From NCBI GenBank assembly GCA_041675505.1, contig JBAYTR010000010.1:67895-131894 (forward strand): a DNA stretch of 64,000 nt, in the 5' to 3' direction. Of the stretch, positions 9,764-18,322 are shown piece after piece (the stretch's first letter is position 1; each line of letters begins with the position of its first letter). Position numbers and translations under genes: made by a program. A model generated the notes under the pieces. That model saw only the letters and a list, made by a program, of their open reading frames with translations, was not told the origin of the DNA and searched no databases. The DNA comes from Bacteroidia bacterium. Its GTDB lineage: Bacteria > Bacteroidota > Bacteroidia > UKL13-3.

Positions 9764-10821
9764 TGGTTATAGTACTTGATAAAAACATTACACGAGAAGA
9801 TGCGGCAGCTATACTGTTGCGCTTAGAGGGTTACGGACTAAAGAATCATGCGGTTCACCTCAACGGGCAATCGGTTATTACCGTTTCCAACTTTCCGGCT
9901 GATTTTGATATCCGCAAAATTCAATTAATTGACGGAGTAAAAGAGGTGGTTGAAGTAAGCGAGCCATATAAACTGGCCAGCAAAAGCTGGAAAAAAGAAC
10001 GCACCTCCTTTAACGTAAACGGAACTCCCGTAGGTACCGATACCATTAACGTAATGGCCGGCCCTTGCGCAGTAGAGTCGGAAAAACAGATTTTTGAGAT
10101 TGCTGAATTTCTTCATCAACAGAACATAAAATTTATTCGCGGTGGAGCTTACAAGCCCCGCACCTCTCCTTACTCTTTTCAGGGTTTAGGATTGGAAGGA
10201 CTCAAAATGTTGAGGGCCGCAGCAGATAAGTACCAACTCAATGTAATTACCGAAGTAATTGATTTGAGCGTACTGGACGAGGTATACAAGTATGCTGATG
10301 TGTTGCAGATAGGCACACGCAATATGCAAAACTATTACTTGCTGGCTGAACTGGGTAAACAAGACAAACCCGTTCTTTTGAAACGAGGCATGCAGGCCAA
10401 AATACCGGAATGGTTGATGGCTGCAGAATACATACTTTCAGGAGGAAATGAGCGCGTTATTTTGTGCGAGCGCGGCATACGTACTTTTGATAACAGCACC
10501 CGCAATACTCTCGACATCGGAGCAATTCCGTTGGTGAAAGAACTGAGTCACCTGCCTGTTTTTGCCGACCCCAGCCACGGCACCGGTATTCGTACCCGTG
10601 TTGAACCACTGGCACTGGCTGCTGTTGCTGCCGGAGCAGATGGTTTACTTATTGAAGTACACAATCACCCCGACCAGGCTCTGTCTGACGGACCTCAATC
10701 CATCTATCCCGATCAGCTGGTGCAGCTCATGAACAAACTCTCACCGTTGGCACAAGTTATCGGCAGAAAGTTAGATTATGAATCGCAAAACAATTATTTT
10801 AGTGCCGAATCTGCGCAGTAG
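9763..10821 (+). CDS. 3-deoxy-7-phosphoheptulonate (DAHP) synthase, AroA(G)/KDO8PS-like class with an N-terminal regulatory domain
   Basis: The catalytic domain carries GPCAVES...[18 protein letters not shown]...ADPSHG motifs. The GTG start overlaps the preceding stop. Confidence 0.8.
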   Translation: MVIVLDKNITREDAAAILLRLEGYGLKNHAVHLNGQSVITVSNFPADFDIRKIQLIDGVKEVVEVSEPYKLASKSWKKERTSFNVNGTPVGTDTINVMAGPCAVESEKQIFEIAEFLHQQNIKFIRGGAYKPRTSPYSFQGLGLEGLKMLRAAADKYQLNVITEVIDLSVLDEVYKYADVLQIGTRNMQNYYLLAELGKQDKPVLLKRGMQAKIPEWLMAAEYILSGGNERVILCERGIRTFDNSTRNTLDIGAIPLVKELSHLPVFADPSHGTGIRTRVEPLALAAVAAGADGLLIEVHNHPDQALSDGPQSIYPDQLVQLMNKLSPLAQVIGRKLDYESQNNYFSAESAQ

Positions 10822-10865
10822 CACAGACTAAACCAACCCTACTTAACTTTAATTACTGACTAACT

Positions 10866-12704
10866 ATGTGTGGAATTGTAGCTTACATAGGTAAGCAGGA
10901 AGCTTACCCTATTCTTATTAAAGGACTTAAACGCCTGGAGTACCGCGGTTATGATAGTGCCGGAGTAGCACTGCTTAATGACGGGATAACGGTATATAAA
11001 AAAGCAGGGAAGGTTTCTGACCTGGAGCAGTCCGTAGGTGGTCAGGACACTACCTCTCACGTGGGCATAGGCCACACACGCTGGGCCACACACGGAGAGC
11101 CTAACGACCGCAACGCACATCCGCACCTTTCTCAGGATGGTGACTTGGCCATTATTCACAACGGTATAATCGAGAATTATGCGCCCTTAAAAGAAGAACT
11201 CATTAAGCGTGGCCACACGTTTAAAAGTGATACCGATACGGAAGTACTGGTGCACCTGATAGAAGACGTAAAGAAAAAAATGGAGGTTTCTTTACAAGAA
11301 GCCGTTCGTATTGCGCTCTCTGAAGTAGTGGGTGCATACGCCATTGTGGTGTTGTCTAAAAACGACAACAACATGCTCATCGGGGCACGCAAAGGCAGCC
11401 CCATGGTGGTGGGTATTGGCAAAGACGGGGAATACTTTATCGCCTCCGATGCTTCACCCATTATTGAGTACACTAAAAACGTTTATTACTTAGACGACAA
11501 CGAAATCGTTTACATCGAAAACGGGGAAATGACCGTAAAAACGATTGACAACGTGGTGCGCACACCATACATCCAGGAACTGGAAATGAACTTGGAGGCT
11601 TTGGAAAAAGGCGGATACGAGCACTTTATGCTCAAAGAAATTTACGAACAACCCCGTTCCATCATTGACAACTTTCGCGGACGCATTCGTTTAAACAACG
11701 CACAAATTGTGATGGCCGGAGTTGACCAGTTTGAACACAAGTTTAAAAACCTGCCCCGCATTCTTATTGTGGGTTGCGGCACCTCATGGCATGCCGGCCT
11801 GGTGGGTGAATACCTTTTTGAAGAGTTTGCCCGCATACCTGTGGAAGTGGAATACGCCTCAGAGTTTCGTTACCGCAATCCGGTGGTAAATGAAAATGAT
11901 TTTGTAATTGCTATTTCACAATCAGGCGAAACCGCAGATACGTTAGCGGCCATTCAAATGGCCAAAGAAAAAGGAGCTACTATTTTCGGGGTATGTAATG
12001 TGGTGGGCTCATCTATTCCAAGGGCTACACATGCGGGAGCGTACACACATGCCGGTCCGGAGATTGGTGTGGCTTCTACCAAAGCCTTTACGGCTCAGGT
12101 AACCGTTTTAACACTGATGGCTTTAAGCATAGCACAAAAACGCGGTACCATTACCCAAAGCCGAATGCGCGATGTACTTACTGAGTTGGAATCCATTCCA
12201 TCTAAGATTGAAAAAGTTCTGCAACTGAATGACTACATCAAAACCATAGCTGAGCAATACAAGGATGCGCGCAACTTCCTTTACCTCGGTCGCGGATACA
12301 ATTTCCCGGTGGCTTTGGAAGGTGCGTTAAAACTGAAAGAAATCTCTTACATACATGCTGAGGGTTATCCTGCTGCTGAAATGAAGCACGGCCCTATTGC
12401 GCTGATAGATGAAGAAATGCCGGTGGTTGTAGTAGCTACCAAAGACAGCATTTATGAAAAAGTAATCAGCAATATACAGGAAGTAAAAGCGCGCAAAGGA
12501 AAAGTAATTGCCGTGGTAACAGAGGGTGATGATAAGGTAAAAGGCATGGCCGATTACGTAATTGAAATACCTGAAGTGGAAGAATCGCTGGCCCCGCTGG
12601 TTACTACCATTCCGTTGCAACTGCTTTCATACCACATTGCCGTAATGCGTGGCTGTAATGTTGATCAACCCCGTAACCTGGCCAAGTCGGTAACGGTGGA
12701 ATAA
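10866..12704 (+). CDS. glmS: Glutamine--fructose-6-phosphate aminotransferase
   Basis: MCGIVAYIG Ntn start followed by two SIS domains; 612 aa. Confidence 0.95.
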   Translation: MCGIVAYIGKQEAYPILIKGLKRLEYRGYDSAGVALLNDGITVYKKAGKVSDLEQSVGGQDTTSHVGIGHTRWATHGEPNDRNAHPHLSQDGDLAIIHNGIIENYAPLKEELIKRGHTFKSDTDTEVLVHLIEDVKKKMEVSLQEAVRIALSEVVGAYAIVVLSKNDNNMLIGARKGSPMVVGIGKDGEYFIASDASPIIEYTKNVYYLDDNEIVYIENGEMTVKTIDNVVRTPYIQELEMNLEALEKGGYEHFMLKEIYEQPRSIIDNFRGRIRLNNAQIVMAGVDQFEHKFKNLPRILIVGCGTSWHAGLVGEYLFEEFARIPVEVEYASEFRYRNPVVNENDFVIAISQSGETADTLAAIQMAKEKGATIFGVCNVVGSSIPRATHAGAYTHAGPEIGVASTKAFTAQVTVLTLMALSIAQKRGTITQSRMRDVLTELESIPSKIEKVLQLNDYIKTIAEQYKDARNFLYLGRGYNFPVALEGALKLKEISYIHAEGYPAAEMKHGPIALIDEEMPVVVVATKDSIYEKVISNIQEVKARKGKVIAVVTEGDDKVKGMADYVIEIPEVEESLAPLVTTIPLQLLSYHIAVMRGCNVDQPRNLAKSVTVE

Positions 12705-12739
12705 GGTTGGTACCGTTGTGTTTTAAACGGACTACGAAA

Positions 12740-12764
12740 CAGCAGCTACAGTTGTTTAACCAAC
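12740..12764. repeat. 25-bp direct repeat, copy 1 (cagcagctacagttgtttaaccaac)
   Basis: 23 of 25 positions are identical to the copy at 13199-13223. The two copies bracket a 434-bp segment. Confidence 0.6.
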
Positions 12765-12905
12765 TTTTATGTGAATACTCTGTAAACGTCTTTCCTGTGA
12801 GTAATCACAATCAGCCTTATGGTATTGGATGAAATTTTTCAAATATAGTCTTGTCCTTAACATTATTTAAAGACCTTTCAAATGATTTATCAAATTCGAC
12901 AATCA

Positions 12906-13100
12906 TTAAGATTTTAATTTTTTGAGGATGGTGGATTTAGGAACAGTTTTTCCGGTCTTAACTTTATCCATTAAGGTTCCCATCATCAAATCCTCAAATT
13001 GCTCATCCTTTACACTCAGAACATCCGCCCCAAGTTTTTTGGCAAGTTCAGACAGGATTTTATTGCTCTGTTTGTCGGCCCTTATAAGAATTGCACTCAT
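12906..13100 (-). CDS. Hypothetical small protein (64 aa)
   Basis: Isolated 64-aa ORF (MSAILIRADKQSNKILSELAKKLGADVL...) lying between the 25-bp direct repeats. No family was recognised. Confidence 0.3.
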   Translation of the reverse strand: MSAILIRADKQSNKILSELAKKLGADVLSVKDEQFEDLMMGTLMDKVKTGKTVPKSTILKKLKS

Positions 13101-13198
13101 GATGTAAAGATATTAAAAATGATTATCAGCGAAAGACTTCAAACATTGTTAGCTAACGGTAGAGGAGAAAAACTCATCCATACTTTTTATTTCCGCTC

Positions 13199-13223
13199 CA
13201 GCAGCTAAGGTTGTTTAACCAAC
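13199..13223. repeat. 25-bp direct repeat, copy 2 (cagcagctaaggttgtttaaccaac)
   Basis: Matches the copy at 12740-12764 and overlaps the 3' end of the 13205-13546 gene. Confidence 0.6.
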
Positions 13224-13546
13224 GCAGCCAGTTGAGCAGGTGCCACTTCGCAATAAGCTGAGGTGAGTGCAGCTGTAAACAGACGCTTGCTTACCTTACT
13301 TAGTTCCACCATGGTCCACCCTTGTTTGCCCCACTTATTGTTTACAGGATACACGATGCTTTTGTCAGCCAGTGAAAACAGGTCCTGATTTATTTCAGAT
13401 AATTTAAGGCAGGCCCTGTTGTTTTTTTCGTCACAGGTGGCAAATATTTTTCCCTTTACCCGAAAGGAAATTTTTTCAAAGTGGGCCGCTTCTGTAGCCT
13501 CAGGAAAAGAAAGTGCAATAGTTCGGAAGGCTGCTAAACTCACCAC
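13205..13546 (-). CDS. MmcQ/YjbR-family protein (DUF419-like)
   Basis: The block EATEAAHFEKISFRVKGKIFATC is characteristic of YjbR-like proteins; 113 aa. Confidence 0.55.
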   Translation of the reverse strand: MVSLAAFRTIALSFPEATEAAHFEKISFRVKGKIFATCDEKNNRACLKLSEINQDLFSLADKSIVYPVNNKWGKQGWTMVELSKVSKRLFTAALTSAYCEVAPAQLAALVKQP

Positions 13547-13568
13547 GTGAGCAATGGTTCAGTGTGCA

Positions 13569-14180
13569 TTAAAAATTACCGTACGAGAGGAAGAACGAAC
13601 CGTTGGTAACTGTTTTCGACTGGGTACCTGTTTCGTTGTACAACTTACATGTGAAGGTGCCTTTTACATCCACATAGGTATCGCCAAAGATGCTGAACTG
13701 CTGTGTGCTGGTAATGTTAAACGTTGCCCCGCTTTGTGTACCGTTAATGCTGCTCCACACCTGTCCGGTGGCATCTACATGCAAAATTTCTACACCATCG
13801 GTAGTAGGGGTGGAATACATGTAATTTCCGGGAGCAAAATAGGCTACAAAATCAGCATCATCAGGGTAGGCACCCTGAAAGCTCATTTCACCCTTGTATA
13901 TGCTCACACCTCCTACGGTATTGTCAGAAAAAATATTGGAATAATAGTAAGCGGTAGAAAACTCAGGCAACGGGCGGGTTTCTTTACTGGAGCCGGCTGC
14001 TTGTTCAAAACCGTTTTTTCCGTCAGTGTAGGTGAGGGAACTGCCATCTACGGTAAGGGCAACATTATATCGGTTGGGAGTAGGAGTTGGGGTGGGTGTA
14101 ACGTTGTTATCATCATCGTCTTTTTTACAACCGGTAAACGCCAAAGCCAAAAGAGCTGCAGCAAAGAATAAATTTTTCAT
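13569..14180 (-). CDS. Hypothetical lipoprotein
   Basis: MKNLFFAAALLALAFTGCKKDDDD lipobox followed by a Thr-Pro linker (TPTPTPTP). Confidence 0.6.
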   Translation of the reverse strand: MKNLFFAAALLALAFTGCKKDDDDNNVTPTPTPTPNRYNVALTVDGSSLTYTDGKNGFEQAAGSSKETRPLPEFSTAYYYSNIFSDNTVGGVSIYKGEMSFQGAYPDDADFVAYFAPGNYMYSTPTTDGVEILHVDATGQVWSSINGTQSGATFNITSTQQFSIFGDTYVDVKGTFTCKLYNETGTQSKTVTNGSFFLSYGNF

Positions 14181-14354
14181 ACGTATTAAAATTTAGGTAA
14201 GACAAAAATATACTTTTTGGGATAAAAACCACAGGGAAGTGCAAGTTTTTTGAGGGAGCTGTTGTGTTGCCTTTCTGTTTGATAATTTGAAAGAGACCTT
14301 GTGGTTGCTGTTTGCTGAGCGTTTATTTAGGTAGGGTATTATTTTAGCTATAAG

Positions 14355-14390
14355 CTACATAAAAGAAAAGCGTAGGCGCAACCTACGCTT
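14355..14390 (-). terminator. Rho-independent terminator closing the minus-strand island operon
   Basis: 9-bp stem aagcgtagg / cctacgctt with loop cgcaa at 14368-14390. On the minus strand it is followed by ttcttttatg. Confidence 0.5.
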
Positions 14391-14459
14391 AGGTTGACCT
14401 CCCATAATTCATACATGTGGCATAATGCTTTATTCAAATCATTATTTGCAAGCTGCTTT

Positions 14460-15212
14460 TTATTTCCATTTCAGAAGTGTCTTTTCAAAAAGATAAATGA
14501 TTCTCGAAAACAAAAGAGCCAAAAGAATTATGCAGATTACAGCAGCCAAAACCAACGAAACATCATAAGTTCCACCAGCTTTAAAAACCCTATGTCCCAA
14601 ACCTTCGTGGGCTGAAATAAATTCGGCAATGAAGGCACCAAGTAAAGCAAAACTAATGTTCAGTTTAAGCGAATTAAAAAGCCAAACCAATGAAGAAGGC
14701 ACGATTAGTTTTGAAAATATCTGCGTCCGTGATGCTCCAAAGGAGTGAAACAGTTTTATTTGTTGAACATCAACTTGTCTTGCACCTTCATAGGATTGAG
14801 TGATTGCAATTACTACTGTTGAAAGTGCAGCCATTATAACCTTTGCATACATACCAGTTCCAAACCACATTATCATCATAGGTGCAATGGAAAAAATTGG
14901 AATTGCTCCAATTGCAATGATGTAAGGTCTTGTCAAGTCAGCAACTCGTTTTGAATACCAAAGGGAAAGTCCGATTGCTGCACCGCAAATGTTGCCAATT
15001 AGAAAACCATAAATCGCTTCCTGTCCTGTAATAAAAATGTCCCTTGGTAAAATACCATTGGAGATGTTTTCAATCAGCGAATGAAAAACTTTGGATGGAG
15101 AAGAAAACAAAAAGAGTTTCTTTTCAGTAGTTGAAATTACAAACTGCCATAACAGCAAGAAAACTGTTAATGGCAACAAACCCAAAATGATACTTATGAT
15201 TTTTCTTTTCAT
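14460..15212 (-). CDS. ABC transporter permease, NitT/TauT (SsuC-like) family
   Basis: Six-TM binding-protein-dependent permease with the EAA-like loop SYEGARQVDVQQIKLFHSFGASRTQIF. The ATG at 15212 forms an ATGA overlap with the upstream stop. Confidence 0.85.
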   Translation of the reverse strand: MKRKIISIILGLLPLTVFLLLWQFVISTTEKKLFLFSSPSKVFHSLIENISNGILPRDIFITGQEAIYGFLIGNICGAAIGLSLWYSKRVADLTRPYIIAIGAIPIFSIAPMMIMWFGTGMYAKVIMAALSTVVIAITQSYEGARQVDVQQIKLFHSFGASRTQIFSKLIVPSSLVWLFNSLKLNISFALLGAFIAEFISAHEGLGHRVFKAGGTYDVSLVLAAVICIILLALLFSRIIYLFEKTLLKWK

Positions 15213-15970
15213 TGTTCGTCTTGCTTTGGAAGTGATTGCCACATTTCAGTAAAGTATTTAGAAAACTTTTGGTCTTGCTTAACTGAAATTGGACTTCTCT
15301 TTTCTACATCAAAAGTTATCTGTAATTCCTTGAATGTTTCGTTTGGCTTGTGATTAAAAATTATTGTCCTATCGCTTACTGTTATTGCTTCATCAATGTC
15401 GTGAGTAATCAGTAAAACAGTTTTGTGATTCTCTTTTGACAAAGCATGTATTTGTGCTTGTAGTTCAAGCCTCGTGTTGTAATCAATTGCTGAAAATGGT
15501 TCGTCCAAAAGCATTATTTCAGAATCTAACATCAGTGTTCTGATAAGAGCAACTTTTTGTCTTTCACCGCCTGAAAGTTGTGAGGGATAACTATGAACCA
15601 AATTTGAGATGCCAAAGCGTTTCAAATACTGCATTACATTTTCTTTTGTTGAGGAATTTATTTTGCCTTGAATTTCAATACCGACAATTATGTTTTGATA
15701 AACTGTTTTCCAAGGGAGCAATAAATCCTTTTGCATCATGTATGCTATTGCAGTTCTCCTGTCTGCAATGTGGTCAAGTTTTACTTCTCCGCTATATTCA
15801 TTGTCAAGTCCGATTATCAAGTTGAAAAGAGTTGTTTTCCCACAACCATTTGGCCCCAAAATGGAAACAAACTCCCCTGAACGAATAGTGAGATTGAGGT
15901 TTTTAAAAACCTCAACGTTACCCGTTGGAGTGCTAAATGACTTGGTTATGTTTTTTAACTCAATGTTCAT
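15209..15970 (-). CDS. ABC transporter ATP-binding protein, NitT/TauT (SsuB/TauB-like) family
   Basis: Walker A GPNGCGKTT, signature LSGGERQKVAL, Walker B LLDEPFSAID and H-loop ITHD. Confidence 0.9.
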   Translation of the reverse strand: MNIELKNITKSFSTPTGNVEVFKNLNLTIRSGEFVSILGPNGCGKTTLFNLIIGLDNEYSGEVKLDHIADRRTAIAYMMQKDLLLPWKTVYQNIIVGIEIQGKINSSTKENVMQYLKRFGISNLVHSYPSQLSGGERQKVALIRTLMLDSEIMLLDEPFSAIDYNTRLELQAQIHALSKENHKTVLLITHDIDEAITVSDRTIIFNHKPNETFKELQITFDVEKRSPISVKQDQKFSKYFTEMWQSLPKQDEQ

Positions 15971-17514
15971 TAGTGCTTGACAATTTCCTTTTGTGCATTT
16001 GTAACTCTTGATTTTGCAAATGTCGCTTTAGAATAAATTTGATTAAATATTTTATAGCAATATGTTTCTTCTTTATCTCTCAAGGAAAATTGAGAATTGT
16101 TTTTTTGAATGTTTTGATATTCTTCTTCACTCAAATTGTTGTTTGCAAATTCATGTAGCAAACCCTTTCCTCTTTCAACGCCTCCAATTCCAGCCCCTTC
16201 CATCAAAGTCATTTTCTCTCTCGAATAAATGTAGTCAGGCAATAAATCTTTAAATGCTTCTCTCAAAACAAACTTTGTTGTTGTATCTCCTGTTTTTGTC
16301 TTTGCCACTTTTAAAGACGGATGAATGCTCAAAGCATATTCAACTAAAGTTCTGTCAAGAAAGGGTTCACGAACTTCAACGGCATATTTCATTCCTGTTT
16401 TGTCAACTCTCAAAAGTTGTGTCCTGTATAAATCGTTTAGAAGATTTTTAATTTCATTTTGAAATTCTGTTTCATCAGGAAGGGAAAGAAAATCACCATA
16501 GCCGCCAAATATTTCATCGCTGCCCTCGCCACACAAAACAATTTTGAAACCTTTGTCGTGTGCTAACTCTGCCAATTTCATTGAAAGTAAAGAGCCACGA
16601 ATAGGATTTGGTTCAAATGTCTCAATGGAATAAATCACATCAGGAACATTTTGAAGCAAATTTTCTTTGCTTGTTTTAATATGATGAAACTTCAAATTCA
16701 AATCATTGCAAAGTCGCTTTGCATAAATCACGTCTTCGCCTGAATCTTCACCGACAATTAAAGCTGTAACATCATTGTGATAACTGCAACACAATAAATG
16801 AACTATTGAACTGTCAATGCCACCACTTAAAAAAGTAGCAATAGGCAAATCTGTTTCAACTCTTTTCTTTACAGCCAATTCAACAAGTTCACGAACATTA
16901 TTTGTAATTGTGCTTACTGAATCAGTATTCCATTTTGTGCTTGGCGTTTTATAATACTGGAAAACTCCTTCATTGGTTATGTAGTGTGCTGGTTTAAGTT
17001 CTTCAAATGTTTCTACTTCCAAATCAGTAAAGGATTTCATTTCAGAAGAAATATAAACTACATTCTCACTCTTGCAGTAGAAGAATGGTTTCACTCCAAA
17101 AAAATCTCTTGCTCCGAAAAACTTATTTTGAACGGAATCATAAATTAGAAATGCAAACATTCCTTCTAACTGCTGCAAGAAATTTATTCCGTGTTCTTCA
17201 TAAAGATGAACCAAAACTTCTGTGTCGCAATCTGAAATAAACTTGTGTCCTTTCATTTGCAATTCTGATTTCAAATTTTTGTAGTTGTAAATCTCACCGT
17301 TAAAAACAACTCCTATTGTTTTGTTCTCATTGAAAAAAGGTTGTGTGCCATTTGGTCTGTCAACTATTTTAAGGCGAACACTTCCTAAGATTGAATTTCC
17401 TATTTGAACTTGTTTAGGTGCAGTATCTCCCCGATGCTCAATTTTTTTGAGCATAAACTCCATTTCTGTTTTGCCTTTTGGAGTAGGATTAATAATTGCT
17501 GCGATACCACACAT
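15970..17514 (-). CDS. Asparagine-synthetase-B-like class II glutamine amidotransferase with adenylating domain
   Basis: MCGIAAII Ntn nucleophile start and an SGGIDSS PP-loop, in the AsnB architecture; 514 aa. The substrate specificity is unknown. Confidence 0.8.
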   Translation of the reverse strand: MCGIAAIINPTPKGKTEMEFMLKKIEHRGDTAPKQVQIGNSILGSVRLKIVDRPNGTQPFFNENKTIGVVFNGEIYNYKNLKSELQMKGHKFISDCDTEVLVHLYEEHGINFLQQLEGMFAFLIYDSVQNKFFGARDFFGVKPFFYCKSENVVYISSEMKSFTDLEVETFEELKPAHYITNEGVFQYYKTPSTKWNTDSVSTITNNVRELVELAVKKRVETDLPIATFLSGGIDSSIVHLLCCSYHNDVTALIVGEDSGEDVIYAKRLCNDLNLKFHHIKTSKENLLQNVPDVIYSIETFEPNPIRGSLLSMKLAELAHDKGFKIVLCGEGSDEIFGGYGDFLSLPDETEFQNEIKNLLNDLYRTQLLRVDKTGMKYAVEVREPFLDRTLVEYALSIHPSLKVAKTKTGDTTTKFVLREAFKDLLPDYIYSREKMTLMEGAGIGGVERGKGLLHEFANNNLSEEEYQNIQKNNSQFSLRDKEETYCYKIFNQIYSKATFAKSRVTNAQKEIVKH

Positions 17515-17518
17515 TTTA

Positions 17519-18322
17519 TTATTTTTGTTCTTCTTTATTAAAATTTGAAAACCAAGGTCTGCTTCTTATTCCTTTACGAAAAGAGTAAATCTGTAAACTC
17601 GGAAGGTCGGGGGCAATCAATTCTTTTTCTTCATCCGATGTGTATGTGAGAAAAACATTTTGAAAAAAATTCTTTTCTACATACTGCTTTTCAATTTGAT
17701 TCATTGTAATGTAAGCATATGCCGATTCATCAGTTGAATTAAAACGCAAGTCGCCAAAAATTTGATTGTTTGAATATCTGTAAGAATGTTTACCTGCTGA
17801 TTTTTTTAAAAGTTCAAATGATTCTCTACCTTTTAAAAACTCTGGTATGTTATGACTTCCATTCTCATTTATAATTGCATTGATTAATGCATTCATGTCT
17901 TTTAAGTGATGTGATTTTGCAAAAGGCATTAGCACTTCGGACATGAGAACATGTGTGTAATTGAATTCATTTACAACGTTTCTTATCCCTTTGAAATAGC
18001 TTTTGTAATCTTCGGGCTTATAGCCATTAAGCATTGCATGTGTGTCAGTAAAAATTAATGTTAGCTGAGCATCCAATTTGTAATGCTTTTCAATAACTCG
18101 CAGAAAACCGAAAAGATTTAGCAACGCATCAAAGTCGTATTTGTCGGGGTACTTTTTATCGGATGCGCCCCAATATGAAATGAAACGAATATATTTCTTG
18201 TTATGCTTTACTCTTTCATTAACATACTTATCTAACTCCGCAATTTGTTTCTTGCGAACCTCAATCTTTTTTGCTGCTAAAAAAGAGCCGATTGTTTTTC
18301 CGTTTCGCAAATTGCTATTCAT
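17519..18322 (-). CDS. Hypothetical protein (267 aa), family not recognised
   Basis: AT-rich ORF coupled to its neighbours by an 8-bp overlap upstream and a 4-bp gap downstream. Confidence 0.6.
   Translation of the reverse strand: MNSNLRNGKTIGSFLAAKKIEVRKKQIAELDKYVNERVKHNKKYIRFISYWGASDKKYPDKYDFDALLNLFGFLRVIEKHYKLDAQLTLIFTDTHAMLNGYKPEDYKSYFKGIRNVVNEFNYTHVLMSEVLMPFAKSHHLKDMNALINAIINENGSHNIPEFLKGRESFELLKKSAGKHSYRYSNNQIFGDLRFNSTDESAYAYITMNQIEKQYVEKNFFQNVFLTYTSDEEKELIAPDLPSLQIYSFRKGIRSRPWFSNFNKEEQK

Noticed and set aside
13569-14180. TPTPTPTP tract suggesting a nucleotide repeat
   Set aside because: It is a short Thr-Pro linker inside a lipoprotein CDS (acn ccn codons), not a repeat element or CRISPR.
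14244-14256. Left-boundary agttttttgaggg as an att site matching the right-boundary gacgttcttttttgag
   Set aside because: The shared core is only about 9-12 nt and T-rich, so chance similarity cannot be excluded. It is kept only as a note inside the tandem-repeat finding.
17519-18322. 267-aa protein as a cyclodipeptide synthase or HUP-class nucleotidyltransferase
   Set aside because: It has no GNSYF-type CDPS pocket motif and no HIGH or KMSKS motifs. The assignment is left open.
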